Source of the DNA: Acidobacteriota bacterium
Lineage (GTDB): Bacteria > Acidobacteriota > UBA6911 > RPQK01 > JAJDTT01
Reading direction: 5' to 3'
NCBI GenBank assembly: GCA_965263035.1
Contig: OZ253580.1
Span: 1,312,001 to 1,376,000, forward strand
DNA: 64,000 nt
The notes beneath the pieces were generated by a model. The model was not told the origin of the DNA, ran no database searches, and saw only the letters and a list, made by a program, of their open reading frames with translations. A program made the position numbers and the translations under genes. Of the stretch, positions 10,478 through 19,915 are shown in pieces (positions within the stretch are counted from its first letter, which is position 1; every line of letters starts with the position of its first letter).

Positions 10478-11937
10478 GCCTCCTGCGAATTCTGATCCCT
10501 CATCTGGTGCTTCTCTTCCTTCTGACGGACCCTGGCGCAGCCGCGGCCCGGCCCAACGTCGTCTTCATCCTGACCGACAACCACGGCGCCTGGACCCTCG
10601 GCTGCTACGGCAACCAGGACATCCGGACTCCGAATATCGATCGGTTGGCTTCCGAGGGAATGCTCTTCACCCGGGCAATGAGCAGCAATCCCGTCTGCTC
10701 CCCGACCCGCGCCACCTTCCTCACCGGCCTGATCCCGTCGCAGCACGGCCTCCACTCCTTCCTCGACAACAAGTACATGGTCGGCCCCGAGGCCTACTAC
10801 ACCCTGAAGGAGTTCGAGACGCTGCCCCGGATCCTGCACTCCGAAGGCTACGTCTGCGGTCTCAGTGGCAAGTGGCACCTGGGGGCCAACATGACGCCGC
10901 AGGACGGGTTCTCCTACTGGATCACGATGGTGCGGGGAAGTACGAGAAGCTTCTACGAAGACCCCATCATCCAGGACGGCGAGATCAGGAAGACCCCCAG
11001 GTACATGACCGATCTCTGGACCGAGCACGCGATCCGCTTCATCGAACAGAACCAGGGTGGTGAGCAGCCGTTCTTCCTCTATCTGGCCTACAACGGACCC
11101 TACTGCCTCGGACCGCTGCTGCTGGAGCCGGCGCGCAATCGCCACGCGGAGTATTACGCAGACAAGTACCTGCCGTCCTTTCCAAGAGACGCGGTTCACC
11201 CCTGGCAGTACAACAACAAGGCCTACCACAACAACATCGTGAGCATCCGGCGGGTCGCCGCCGAGGTGAGCGCCGTCGATGACGGCGTGGGCGAGGTCAT
11301 GGCGACCCTGAAACGGCTGGGACTGGAGGAGAACACGATCGTGATCTTCGCCGGCGACCAGGGCTGGATGGGCGGCCAGAACGGGTTCTTCGGGATGGGC
11401 GATCACACCCGCCCGATCGCGGCGCATGATCTGATGATGCAGATCCCCCTGATCTTCCGCCATCCACGAGGAATCAAACCGGGGAAGAAGGACATCATGG
11501 TCAGCAACTACGACTTCCTTCCCAGTCTCCTGGAGTATCTGGGCCTGGAGCATCGGATTCCCCGGAAGCCGAAGCTCCCGGGACGCAGCTTCGCCGCCGC
11601 CCTGCGAGGCCGGAAGATCGATTGGGAGACCCGGATGTTCTACGAGATGGAGGGCTGCCGCTCGGTGCGCACCGACGACTGGAAGTACGTGGCGCGCCGG
11701 CAGCCGGACGGGCCGGCCGAACTCTACGACATGGTCAACGATCCGCAGGAGAGGTTCAATCTCTACGGCCAGCCGCAGCACGCGAGCATTCAGCAGGAGA
11801 TGGCCGAGGAGCTCCGCCGCTTCTTCGAGGAATACGCCGACCCTCAATACGACATCTGGAAGGGAGGCCGTTCCAAGGCGCGAAGGCTCCTGGCCCCGGT
11901 CGGCCACCCGGACTACCGTCCGCTCCGGAAACAATAG
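10474..11937 (+). CDS. Formylglycine-type sulfatase (S1)
   Basis: ILTDN, CSPTRA, GKWHLG, GDQG, ELYDMVNDPQE. Confidence 0.92.
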   Translation: MSLLRILIPHLVLLFLLTDPGAAAARPNVVFILTDNHGAWTLGCYGNQDIRTPNIDRLASEGMLFTRAMSSNPVCSPTRATFLTGLIPSQHGLHSFLDNKYMVGPEAYYTLKEFETLPRILHSEGYVCGLSGKWHLGANMTPQDGFSYWITMVRGSTRSFYEDPIIQDGEIRKTPRYMTDLWTEHAIRFIEQNQGGEQPFFLYLAYNGPYCLGPLLLEPARNRHAEYYADKYLPSFPRDAVHPWQYNNKAYHNNIVSIRRVAAEVSAVDDGVGEVMATLKRLGLEENTIVIFAGDQGWMGGQNGFFGMGDHTRPIAAHDLMMQIPLIFRHPRGIKPGKKDIMVSNYDFLPSLLEYLGLEHRIPRKPKLPGRSFAAALRGRKIDWETRMFYEMEGCRSVRTDDWKYVARRQPDGPAELYDMVNDPQERFNLYGQPQHASIQQEMAEELRRFFEEYADPQYDIWKGGRSKARRLLAPVGHPDYRPLRKQ

Positions 11938-11949
11938 AGGGGAAGAGAG

Positions 11950-13482
11950 GTGATCCCGATGAGAGGTCGTCCACGGGGGACCCGTCCCACGGTGCTGGGG
12001 ATCTTCCTGCTGCGGATGATGCTCCGCACGATTGTCCCTTTGCTGGCGCTCCTCTCCGTTATGCCTGCTGTTGCGCAAGAGAACGCGCGGCCGAACTTCC
12101 TTGTCGTGCTGGCGGATGATCTGGGTTATGGCGACCTGGCTGGTTACGGTCATCCCAGAATCAAGACACCGAACCTGGATCAGCTTGCGCGCGAGGGACT
12201 GCGGTTGACGAGCTGTTACGCGGCGGCGCCGAATTGCTCCCCGGCGCGGACTGGCTTCATGACGGGGCGGACACCCTATCGGGCCGGCGTGCACAACTGG
12301 ATTCCCATGTTCTCGCCGGTGCACCTCCGGAGGGAAGAGATCACGGTCGCGACGCTGCTGCGGGACGCTGGATACGACACGTGTCACGTCGGCAAATGGC
12401 ATCTCAACGGTGACTTCAATCTGCCGACTCAGCCGCAACCCCGGGATCATGGCTTCAACTACTGGTTTTCCACGCAGAACAATGCCCTGCCGAATCACCG
12501 CAATCCCGACAACTTCGTCCGCAACGGCAGACCGGTTGGCCAACTCAAGGGCTATGCCGCGCCGCTGGTGACCGACGAGGCCATTCACTGGTTGAAGCAC
12601 GTCCGGGACAAGACGAAGCCGTTCTTCATCTACGTTTGCTACCACGAGCCACACGAGCCGATCGCGAGCGACGAGCGTTTCACCGATCTCTATGCTTCCG
12701 ACGACCCCAGCTATCGGGCTCATCACGGCAACATCACGCAACTCGACGATTCCTTTGGAAGGCTGGCCCAGACCATCGACGAGCTTGGGTTGCGCGACAA
12801 CACCTTCGTCTTCTTCACCAGCGACAACGGGCCGGCGATCACGGGAATTCACCCGCATGGATCGGCGGGCCCCTTGCGCGACAAGAAGGGATATCTCTAC
12901 GAGGGCGGCATCCGCGTCCCGGGCATCATCCGGTGGCCGGGGCAGGTAGAGGCGGGGTCCGAGTCGGACGTTGCCGTCAGCGGCGTCGATCTACTGCCGA
13001 CGCTCTGCGATCTCGCCGGCGTGGCCGTTCCCGGCGGCCGCGCCCTCGACGGTGTCAGCATTCGACCGCTGCTGGCGGGAGAATCGCTGGAGCGGACGAC
13101 GCCACTCTATTGGCACTTCCTGCGGGCCCGCGGAAAGCCCAAAGTCGCCATGCGCTCAGGGGACTGGAAGATCCTCGCGCATCTGGACCAGCCCGACCTG
13201 CCGGTCACTGCCGACATCGTGCCCGATGAGATGCGGATGCTGAAGACTGCGAGCCTGGCGCGGTTCGAACTGTACAATCTTCGCGACGACCTTGGTGAAA
13301 CCAGGGACTTGGCGGAACGAGAGCCGCAGCAGCTTGCCAGACTTGCTGATCAGTTGCGGTCGATGTATGCCGAGGTCCAGGCGGAGAGCCCGTTGTGGCC
13401 CGCCTGGAAGTGGCCCCGATACGAGGCGCAGCGGATCGAGTGGCCGCCGTACCGCAATCGGCCCAAGCCCGGGAACAAGTGA
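11950..13482 (+). CDS. Formylglycine-type sulfatase (S1)
   Basis: LADDLGYGD, CSPART, GKWHL, FTSDNG, KGYLYEGGIRVP. The true start may be near 12016. Confidence 0.92.
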   Translation: MIPMRGRPRGTRPTVLGIFLLRMMLRTIVPLLALLSVMPAVAQENARPNFLVVLADDLGYGDLAGYGHPRIKTPNLDQLAREGLRLTSCYAAAPNCSPARTGFMTGRTPYRAGVHNWIPMFSPVHLRREEITVATLLRDAGYDTCHVGKWHLNGDFNLPTQPQPRDHGFNYWFSTQNNALPNHRNPDNFVRNGRPVGQLKGYAAPLVTDEAIHWLKHVRDKTKPFFIYVCYHEPHEPIASDERFTDLYASDDPSYRAHHGNITQLDDSFGRLAQTIDELGLRDNTFVFFTSDNGPAITGIHPHGSAGPLRDKKGYLYEGGIRVPGIIRWPGQVEAGSESDVAVSGVDLLPTLCDLAGVAVPGGRALDGVSIRPLLAGESLERTTPLYWHFLRARGKPKVAMRSGDWKILAHLDQPDLPVTADIVPDEMRMLKTASLARFELYNLRDDLGETRDLAEREPQQLARLADQLRSMYAEVQAESPLWPAWKWPRYEAQRIEWPPYRNRPKPGNK

Positions 13483-13565
13483 GGCCTTCCGGTCGCCACC
13501 TGGTTCCACATAGTGGTCTCGGGTTCGGATCCGTACCAAACTTGCGCATCGAGAGCTCGACCGGA

Positions 13566-15038
13566 CTACCACTCCAGGCGGGTGTCGTCAGGACCGAGCT
13601 CCCCGGGCCCCCGAATTTCTCGACCTTCCCGTTCGGTGAGTTTGTCCCCCAGCTCGTCCCGGACCTGGGCCGCGAATCGCTCCAGCCGCTCCACCACCTC
13701 GGGATGCTGAGAAGCGAGATCGGAGGTCTCTCTCAGGTCCTGCTTCAAATCGAACAGCTCCAGTCCGGTCTCGGCCTGATCGTAGGGGACCGGGTGGCCG
13801 CCGGTCCCTCCGGCTCGACCCGACAGGGTTCGGTATTCGTGGGGAAAGTGAAGCTTCCAGCGGCGGTCCCGCACGGCCTGCAATTGACCGTTCCGGTAAT
13901 ACGAATAGAAGACCTCGTGAGGCGAGCGAGCCCCAGGTTCCGCGAACATCAGGGATCGGATGTCCCTGCCATCGATCTTGTGTCCGGGCAGCACCGCACC
14001 GATCAGAGCGGCCACCGTGGGAAAGACATCGATCGTCGCGGCCAGTTCGTTGCACTCCGCACCCGCCGGGATCCGCCCCGGCCAGCGCATCAGGGTGGGG
14101 ACCCGGATTCCCCCTTCGAACGACGTGCCCTTGCCCTCCCGGAGTGGAGCCGCGGACCCGGCGTGATCCCCGTAGCTGAGCCAGGGCCCGTTGTCGGAAG
14201 TGAAGATCATCAGAGTGTTCCGGTCCAGATCGGTGCGTTCCAGGGCATCGAGAATCTGTCCCACGGACCAGTCGATCTCCATGACGACGTCGCCAAACAG
14301 ACCTCGCTCGCTACGTCCCTTGAACTTGTCGGATACGTAGAGTGGGACATGGACCATGCTGTGAGGCAGGTACAGCAGGAAGGGCCGATCCCGGTTCCGC
14401 TCGATGAAATCCAGGGCACGCTCGGTGTACTGGGTCGTGAGCAGTCTCTGGTCTTCCCCCGTGACCTTGGGATTGACGACCTGGTTGCCCTCGATCAGGG
14501 GCAGATCGGGAAACCGATCCCCGGCGGTGGGGTGTTCGGGCCACATGTCATTGGAATAGGGCAGACCGTAATACTCGTCGAAGCCATTCTGCAGCGGCAG
14601 GAACTTGGGATGGTGGCCCAGGTGCCATTTCCCGAAGCAGGCCGTGGCATAACCCTGGCTTCGACCCAGTTCCCCGAGGGTGACTTCCTGCTCGTGGATG
14701 CCGATGTCGGCGCTGGGCCCCAGAGCACCCGACAAACCGAGTCGGCGATGATAGCAGCCGGTCATCAAGGCCGCCCGGGATGCAGTGCACACCGCAGACG
14801 AAACCTGGAAGTCCGTGAATCGCATGCCCTCTGCCGCCATGCGGTCCAGATTGGGTGTCGGGAAACCCTGGGCGCCGAAGGGGCCGATGTCGGCGTAGCC
14901 CATGTCGTCGATGAATACCAGAATGATGTTGGGCGGGCGGGCTTCCGAAGTGTCGGGTGGGCGGGTTTGCGAACACCCGGAGAATAAGAGAACACCTACC
15001 ATCAACAAACCCCAAAGCACACTGGAATGAAATCTCAA
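13566..15038 (-). CDS. Arylsulfatase A-like sulfatase, probable lipoprotein
   Basis: FSGC lipobox-like; [38 protein letters not shown] start after an AGGAGG RBS. Confidence 0.92.
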   Translation of the reverse strand: MRFHSSVLWGLLMVGVLLFSGCSQTRPPDTSEARPPNIILVFIDDMGYADIGPFGAQGFPTPNLDRMAAEGMRFTDFQVSSAVCTASRAALMTGCYHRRLGLSGALGPSADIGIHEQEVTLGELGRSQGYATACFGKWHLGHHPKFLPLQNGFDEYYGLPYSNDMWPEHPTAGDRFPDLPLIEGNQVVNPKVTGEDQRLLTTQYTERALDFIERNRDRPFLLYLPHSMVHVPLYVSDKFKGRSERGLFGDVVMEIDWSVGQILDALERTDLDRNTLMIFTSDNGPWLSYGDHAGSAAPLREGKGTSFEGGIRVPTLMRWPGRIPAGAECNELAATIDVFPTVAALIGAVLPGHKIDGRDIRSLMFAEPGARSPHEVFYSYYRNGQLQAVRDRRWKLHFPHEYRTLSGRAGGTGGHPVPYDQAETGLELFDLKQDLRETSDLASQHPEVVERLERFAAQVRDELGDKLTEREGREIRGPGELGPDDTRLEW

Positions 15039-15140
15039 CGCGATTCCTCCTTTGCCCTTCCAGGCGAGTGCCCTTCCAGGCGAGCACAATCCGTCCCAAG
15101 AGATTGAAGAACGGAGACCCGGCACTGCCCCCCCTGCCCG

Positions 15141-15195
15141 GAAGAAACAGACTGTCCCCTTTTCGGTCCGTCCCCTTTTCGGTCCTTTCGAGTCC
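15141..15195 (+). repeat. GAAGAAACAGACTGTCCCCTTTT motif, site B
   Basis: Motif followed by tandem TCCCCTTTTCGGTCC duplications. Confidence 0.85.
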
Positions 15196-15313
15196 AGACA
15201 TCGGATTGAAGGGTTTTTAGCGGCGACCCCGGGCCGCCGTGAGAGCCGAAATTCAAAAGAAAGCATACTTTGGTCTAAAGTCCAGGGCGACGACTGATAC
15301 CATTCGAGCAGTT

Positions 15314-16531
15314 GTGAACTTTCTCTTTCCAACTACCGTTGCATGTTTACTGGTCACCGGCATGGGGCTTGCCCTGCTGGGCAGCGTGAAACTGGCGCTG
15401 GCGCAGAAGCTCCGGATCGACGAGGCCCAGGTCGGCGGGTTGGTGTCGCTTTTCGGGTTCACCATGATTCCGGTGATCCTCACAACCGGCTTCCTGACCG
15501 ATCTGATGGGGCGGCAGGTGATCCTGATCGGCGGGACGATCCTGATGGCGCTCGGCCTGCTGGTGCTGGCGGCCTCGCGCCGCTACGCCACAGCCCTGGT
15601 TTCGGTGCTCCTGCTCAGTGCCGCCTGGGCGGCGCAGATCAACGTGATCAATGTGCTGGTGCCTCACGTGCTGCAGCCTCCCGCCTTTCTCTCCGGGGAT
15701 ATTCCGGCGATCTCCTTTGCCACGAACCTGGGGAACGTGTTCTTCGGCCTGGGTGCATTCCTGACTCCGCTGACGGTTTCCTGGGCGTTTGGCCGCCTCG
15801 GGCTCGCTTCGGGCCTTCGGCTGCTGGCCGGACTGGTGGTCCTCCAGGCGGTGATGGCAGGGTTGTCCGAGTTTCCCGCGGCGATGTCGGCGGGAGAGGG
15901 AGGCAGCATCATGAGCTCGGAGACCTGGTCCCTGCTGGGCGATCCGATCATGTGGCTCTGCGCCATGGCGTTGTTCTTTCACGGTCCGCTGGAGGCGGCG
16001 ATGGGCGCCTGGACCACCACCTTCCTGGGCAACAGAGGGGTTCCCGAGGCCAGGGCGGCGACCCTGCTCTCGGCCTTCTGGCTGGCCTTCATGGCGTCGC
16101 GCCTGTTCACCGCGTTCGTGCTGGGTCCGTTTACCGCGCGAGTCGTCTCCGGACTGGGACTGGAAGCCCAGAGCGAAGCAGTGCTGATCCTGGTCCTGGC
16201 TCTGGGCTGCGTTGGGGTCACCTCGGGCGTGGTCTGGAGCGGGACCCAGAGGACGGCGATCGCTTTCGTCATCGCGGCGGGCCTGGTCTTCGGTCCGATC
16301 TTTCCTTCGATCATGGCGCTCCTCCTCGGTCATTTTCCGGGCCCGGTGCAGGGACGAGCGGTAGGACTGTTGTTCGCCATCGGAGGCCTGGGCTGGACCT
16401 TCATCCCCATGTCGATCGGCGCCTATGCGCAGCGGACGAACGTGCAGCGGGGTTTCCTGATCGCGGTCGGATCGGCGATCGCCCTGTTCCTGGTGGCGGG
16501 GCTCTTGACCCTTACGGCCACCAGCGGCTGA
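15314..16531 (+). CDS. MFS transporter (FucP-like sugar permease)
   Basis: About 12 hydrophobic segments; [12 protein letters not shown] motif A; GPIFPS. Start uncertain (ORF begins at 15239). Confidence 0.85.
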   Translation: MNFLFPTTVACLLVTGMGLALLGSVKLALAQKLRIDEAQVGGLVSLFGFTMIPVILTTGFLTDLMGRQVILIGGTILMALGLLVLAASRRYATALVSVLLLSAAWAAQINVINVLVPHVLQPPAFLSGDIPAISFATNLGNVFFGLGAFLTPLTVSWAFGRLGLASGLRLLAGLVVLQAVMAGLSEFPAAMSAGEGGSIMSSETWSLLGDPIMWLCAMALFFHGPLEAAMGAWTTTFLGNRGVPEARAATLLSAFWLAFMASRLFTAFVLGPFTARVVSGLGLEAQSEAVLILVLALGCVGVTSGVVWSGTQRTAIAFVIAAGLVFGPIFPSIMALLLGHFPGPVQGRAVGLLFAIGGLGWTFIPMSIGAYAQRTNVQRGFLIAVGSAIALFLVAGLLTLTATSG

Positions 16532-16932
16532 GTGTGGAGCTCGATCCGGGCCGAATTGAAACTCAACCTGGCAACCTGTCCTTTCGTCGCCAGTTCCAAG
16601 GGAACCGGGGTCCCCGGCACGACTATCTGTCGGCTCCGCTCGGGGTACCCGCCGGAAAAAGGTTCCTGGCGCCGGACCGGAGAGGCGGAACGCCTCACGG
16701 CACCGCGATCCGATTGCAGCTTCGCCTATGAAAGATCGCAAGCGATTGACGGGCGCCCGTTACGGTGCGAAGCTGCGGAAAACGTGAGGGCTCTCGGTTG
16801 CCCACCCTCCGACGCAGAGAGGATTGTGCCGTTGCCCAGCTCCATCTAGCCTGCACGGATTCGAAACGGCCGGACTCTTTTGCCGGAGCCTCCGGGGCCG
16901 GATCACGCCAGGGTGACATAGAGAATTCCATT

Positions 16933-18087
16933 ATGAGATCCACAACCCGTTTTGTCTGGACTGCCTTGGGGATCCTCGCCTCCCTTGCGGGATCGAGCGC
17001 CCAACCCAGGTTCGACCACGCCGATGTCTTCGCCTCCGGGAGCGAGGGCTATCACACCTTCCGGATTCCGGCCATCGTCCGGGCCCCGGACGGGTCGCTA
17101 CTGGCCTTCGCGGAGGGTCGAAAGGAGAATCGCCGCGACCCCGGAGGAGGAGACATTGATCTGGTCTACAGGCGAAGCACGGATCGCGGGGTCAGTTGGC
17201 CCCGACTTCAGATCGTGGACGACCCGGGCGAGGGCTGGAGCGCTTCCAACCCCACTCCGGTCGTCGACCGGAACAGCGGCCGCGTCCTGATCGTCTACAA
17301 CCGCTGGGAGCCGGGCTTCGGAACCGTCCTCTCCCAGCCCGGGACCGACAACAACCAGGTCTGGTTCCGGTACAGCGACGACCATGGCGGCAGCTGGTCG
17401 GAACCTCGGGAGATCACCCGTGATGCGAGGGATCACGAGGACTGGGGAGCCATGTTCGTGGGCCCCGGAGGGGCGATCCAGACGCGGAGCGGGCGTCTGC
17501 TGGTTCCCGCCGCGGCCAAGATCGGAACGGCCTTCTCGATCCTGGTCTCCGCCGACCAGGAGCCTCAGACCGCCACCTATATGCGCGCCTACGTCCTGTT
17601 CAGCGACGACCGGGGCGAGACCTGGAGCCGAGGAGAATTGGTCGACGCTCTCACGGATGAGAATCAGGTGGTCGAACTGGCCGACGGGACCATCATGATG
17701 GACGCCCGGCAGAGCCGCGGCGGCCGGCGCTGGGTTGCGATCAGCAGCGACGGAGGGATCACCTGGTCCCGGCCCAGACCGGGGCAGGAAGTCACGAGGG
17801 TCGCCACGGCCATCGAACGCTACAGCCTGCACTCTGCGGGCGCCGGACGGAATCGAATCCTGTGGACGGGCCCCAAGGGACCCGGACGTCTCAACCTCGT
17901 TCTACGGGTCAGCGACGATGAAGGGCAGACCTTCGGCCGGGAGAAACTCCTCTACGGAGGATTCGCAGCCTACTCCGACCTGGAGCTGCTGGATGACGGG
18001 TCGGTCGGGGTATTGTGGGAGAGAGGGATCAGTGCAAGCTACCAATTCATCACCTTCACCCGATTCCGCCTGGAAGCCCTGGAGTGA
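16933..18087 (+). CDS. Sialidase family protein (GH33)
   Basis: FRIP motif, several SxDxGxTW Asp boxes, AAYSDL near the C-terminus, signal peptide. Confidence 0.9.
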   Translation: MRSTTRFVWTALGILASLAGSSAQPRFDHADVFASGSEGYHTFRIPAIVRAPDGSLLAFAEGRKENRRDPGGGDIDLVYRRSTDRGVSWPRLQIVDDPGEGWSASNPTPVVDRNSGRVLIVYNRWEPGFGTVLSQPGTDNNQVWFRYSDDHGGSWSEPREITRDARDHEDWGAMFVGPGGAIQTRSGRLLVPAAAKIGTAFSILVSADQEPQTATYMRAYVLFSDDRGETWSRGELVDALTDENQVVELADGTIMMDARQSRGGRRWVAISSDGGITWSRPRPGQEVTRVATAIERYSLHSAGAGRNRILWTGPKGPGRLNLVLRVSDDEGQTFGREKLLYGGFAAYSDLELLDDGSVGVLWERGISASYQFITFTRFRLEALE

Positions 18088-18108
18088 GGACGGACCTCAC
18101 GGGGCCGC

Positions 18109-19743
18109 ATGGCTCTCCCCCTCCCTGAGGACGCCGCCCCGGCGGCGCGGGCCGTAAGAACCGCTGCCCCGAGTTGGCAAGCCATGAAGCCGATGGATCT
18201 GAAAGGCTCTATGGAACTGGCCGGCCGAAACCTGGTGGCGAACCTCTGTCCTACGCGCAACTACCTCCCCTATTGGGCGATCGAAATCGACACCGGTTAC
18301 AGAGCCTGGGCGCGCTTCACCTGGCCTCAGCACAACCTGGGACGATGGTGGGATGCGATGTTGCGTCTGGAGGCCACGACCGGATTCCGGATTCCGCCCG
18401 ATCGGGAAGCCGCCATGTTGGGCAATCTGCACTCCTTTTTCGACAACCCCGATCACTTCTGCCTCGCTCCTCGCCATTTCGAGGGGCCCGGACTGGAACT
18501 CCACTCCTTGAGAGAAGGCCTGCTGGCCCTGGTCGCGCTGGCACGCCACCGGAACAGCCGTTGGGCCGAGCGGAAGGGCCGGCTGATGATCGAATCCCTC
18601 CTGCGGGTATCCGACGGGAAGGGAGGTTGGAAGCTCCAGGAGATCGACTCTGCCCGGCGTTTCGACAAAGGGTATTACCAGAAGGTCAAGCCGGTGAGCA
18701 GTAGCACGGACGGACGGTTGATCGAGGCCCTGGTCTGGTTCTATCAGTCCACGCACGATCCCCTGGCGCTGGCCGCGGCCCGGCGCTTTGCCGCGTACCA
18801 CCTTCCGCACACGACCCATCCCGACGGCCGCCTGAACCTCGCTTCGGGATCGAATCACACCCATTCGTATTTCGGGACGCTCCGTGGTCTGCTTCTCTAC
18901 GGCGAGCTCACGGATCAGCATGAGTACGTCGATGCCGTGGAGGCGACGTACCGGAGAACGGTACGCACAATGGTCAAGAGATCGGGATTCATCTCCCATG
19001 ACCTGGGAATGGACAACCGGGGAGAGACGGCTTCCCCTGGCGACGCCGCTCAGCTGGCTCTGTGGCTGGCAACCCGGCACGGCTTCACCGAATACCTCGA
19101 CGACGTGGAGCGGATCGTCCGGGCGCGGATCCTCCCTTCCCAAATCTCGGAGACCCCGCCGCTGCACCCCTCTTCGGACCGGGACGGCGATGAGTATCGG
19201 AATCTCCGGGCCCGGGTCCTGGGGGCTTATGGGGGCATGCACCTGGAACCCCATTCCGGCACGAAGCCCACCACCGATGTCACGGCGGCCGGCCTTCACA
19301 CTCTTACGGACGTCTATAGCCACGTCCTCCTGCGGGGCGATTCCGGACTGAAGATCCTGCTGCACTTTGACTACGAAGACTCGCGAGCCCGAATCCGCTC
19401 CTGGAGAGGAGAGAGTTCGGGCCGGTTGACCGTGCTGCCCCGGACCCGGGAGAATGTCTTTATCCGGATCCCTCGATGGACCCCCCTGGGCTCGGTTCGT
19501 CTCACGGTACGGGGCGATTCGCTCGATCCGAGAACGTATGGAGACTTCGTCCTCATCCCGGGGCATCTCATGCCGGCAGAAATCATCCTCGAATACGGCC
19601 TGCCCGTAACCCGGGAAGTCGAACGGACGACCGGTGTGGACTATCGGTTGATGTGGCGTGGCGACGAGGTCATCGGGATCGCGCCCAACAGTCGCTTCTA
19701 TCCGTTCTATCCGGACTATCCTGGGGAAACGGAAGCAGAATGA
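18109..19743 (+). CDS. Hypothetical protein, possibly an (alpha/alpha)6 GH127/GH146-like glycosidase
   Basis: GRLIEALV, HTHS, GET...DxxQLAL, YLDDVERIVR, FIRIPRW pattern. Confidence 0.5.
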   Translation: MALPLPEDAAPAARAVRTAAPSWQAMKPMDLKGSMELAGRNLVANLCPTRNYLPYWAIEIDTGYRAWARFTWPQHNLGRWWDAMLRLEATTGFRIPPDREAAMLGNLHSFFDNPDHFCLAPRHFEGPGLELHSLREGLLALVALARHRNSRWAERKGRLMIESLLRVSDGKGGWKLQEIDSARRFDKGYYQKVKPVSSSTDGRLIEALVWFYQSTHDPLALAAARRFAAYHLPHTTHPDGRLNLASGSNHTHSYFGTLRGLLLYGELTDQHEYVDAVEATYRRTVRTMVKRSGFISHDLGMDNRGETASPGDAAQLALWLATRHGFTEYLDDVERIVRARILPSQISETPPLHPSSDRDGDEYRNLRARVLGAYGGMHLEPHSGTKPTTDVTAAGLHTLTDVYSHVLLRGDSGLKILLHFDYEDSRARIRSWRGESSGRLTVLPRTRENVFIRIPRWTPLGSVRLTVRGDSLDPRTYGDFVLIPGHLMPAEIILEYGLPVTREVERTTGVDYRLMWRGDEVIGIAPNSRFYPFYPDYPGETEAE

Positions 19744-19915
19744 ATGAACCCGCGAGGCCCTTCGCCGGCGCAGGCTCTCGGAACCGCGCCGGCGGGTCAC
19801 GCCCGGGACCCCGTTTGGTACCGGAGAGACATTGCGCCGCTTCCTGAGCGAAGCTTGCCCGCCCGGTTCCCAGGGGGCGACCTGGATCCAACCCGCCTGG
19901 ATAGGAGGAGCAGCC

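Noticed and set aside
10309-12858. 849-aa minus-strand ORF and similar long antisense ORFs (e.g. 13395-14987, 29694-31352, 41890-43593)
   Set aside because: They overlap real genes on the opposite strand and are explained by codon bias.
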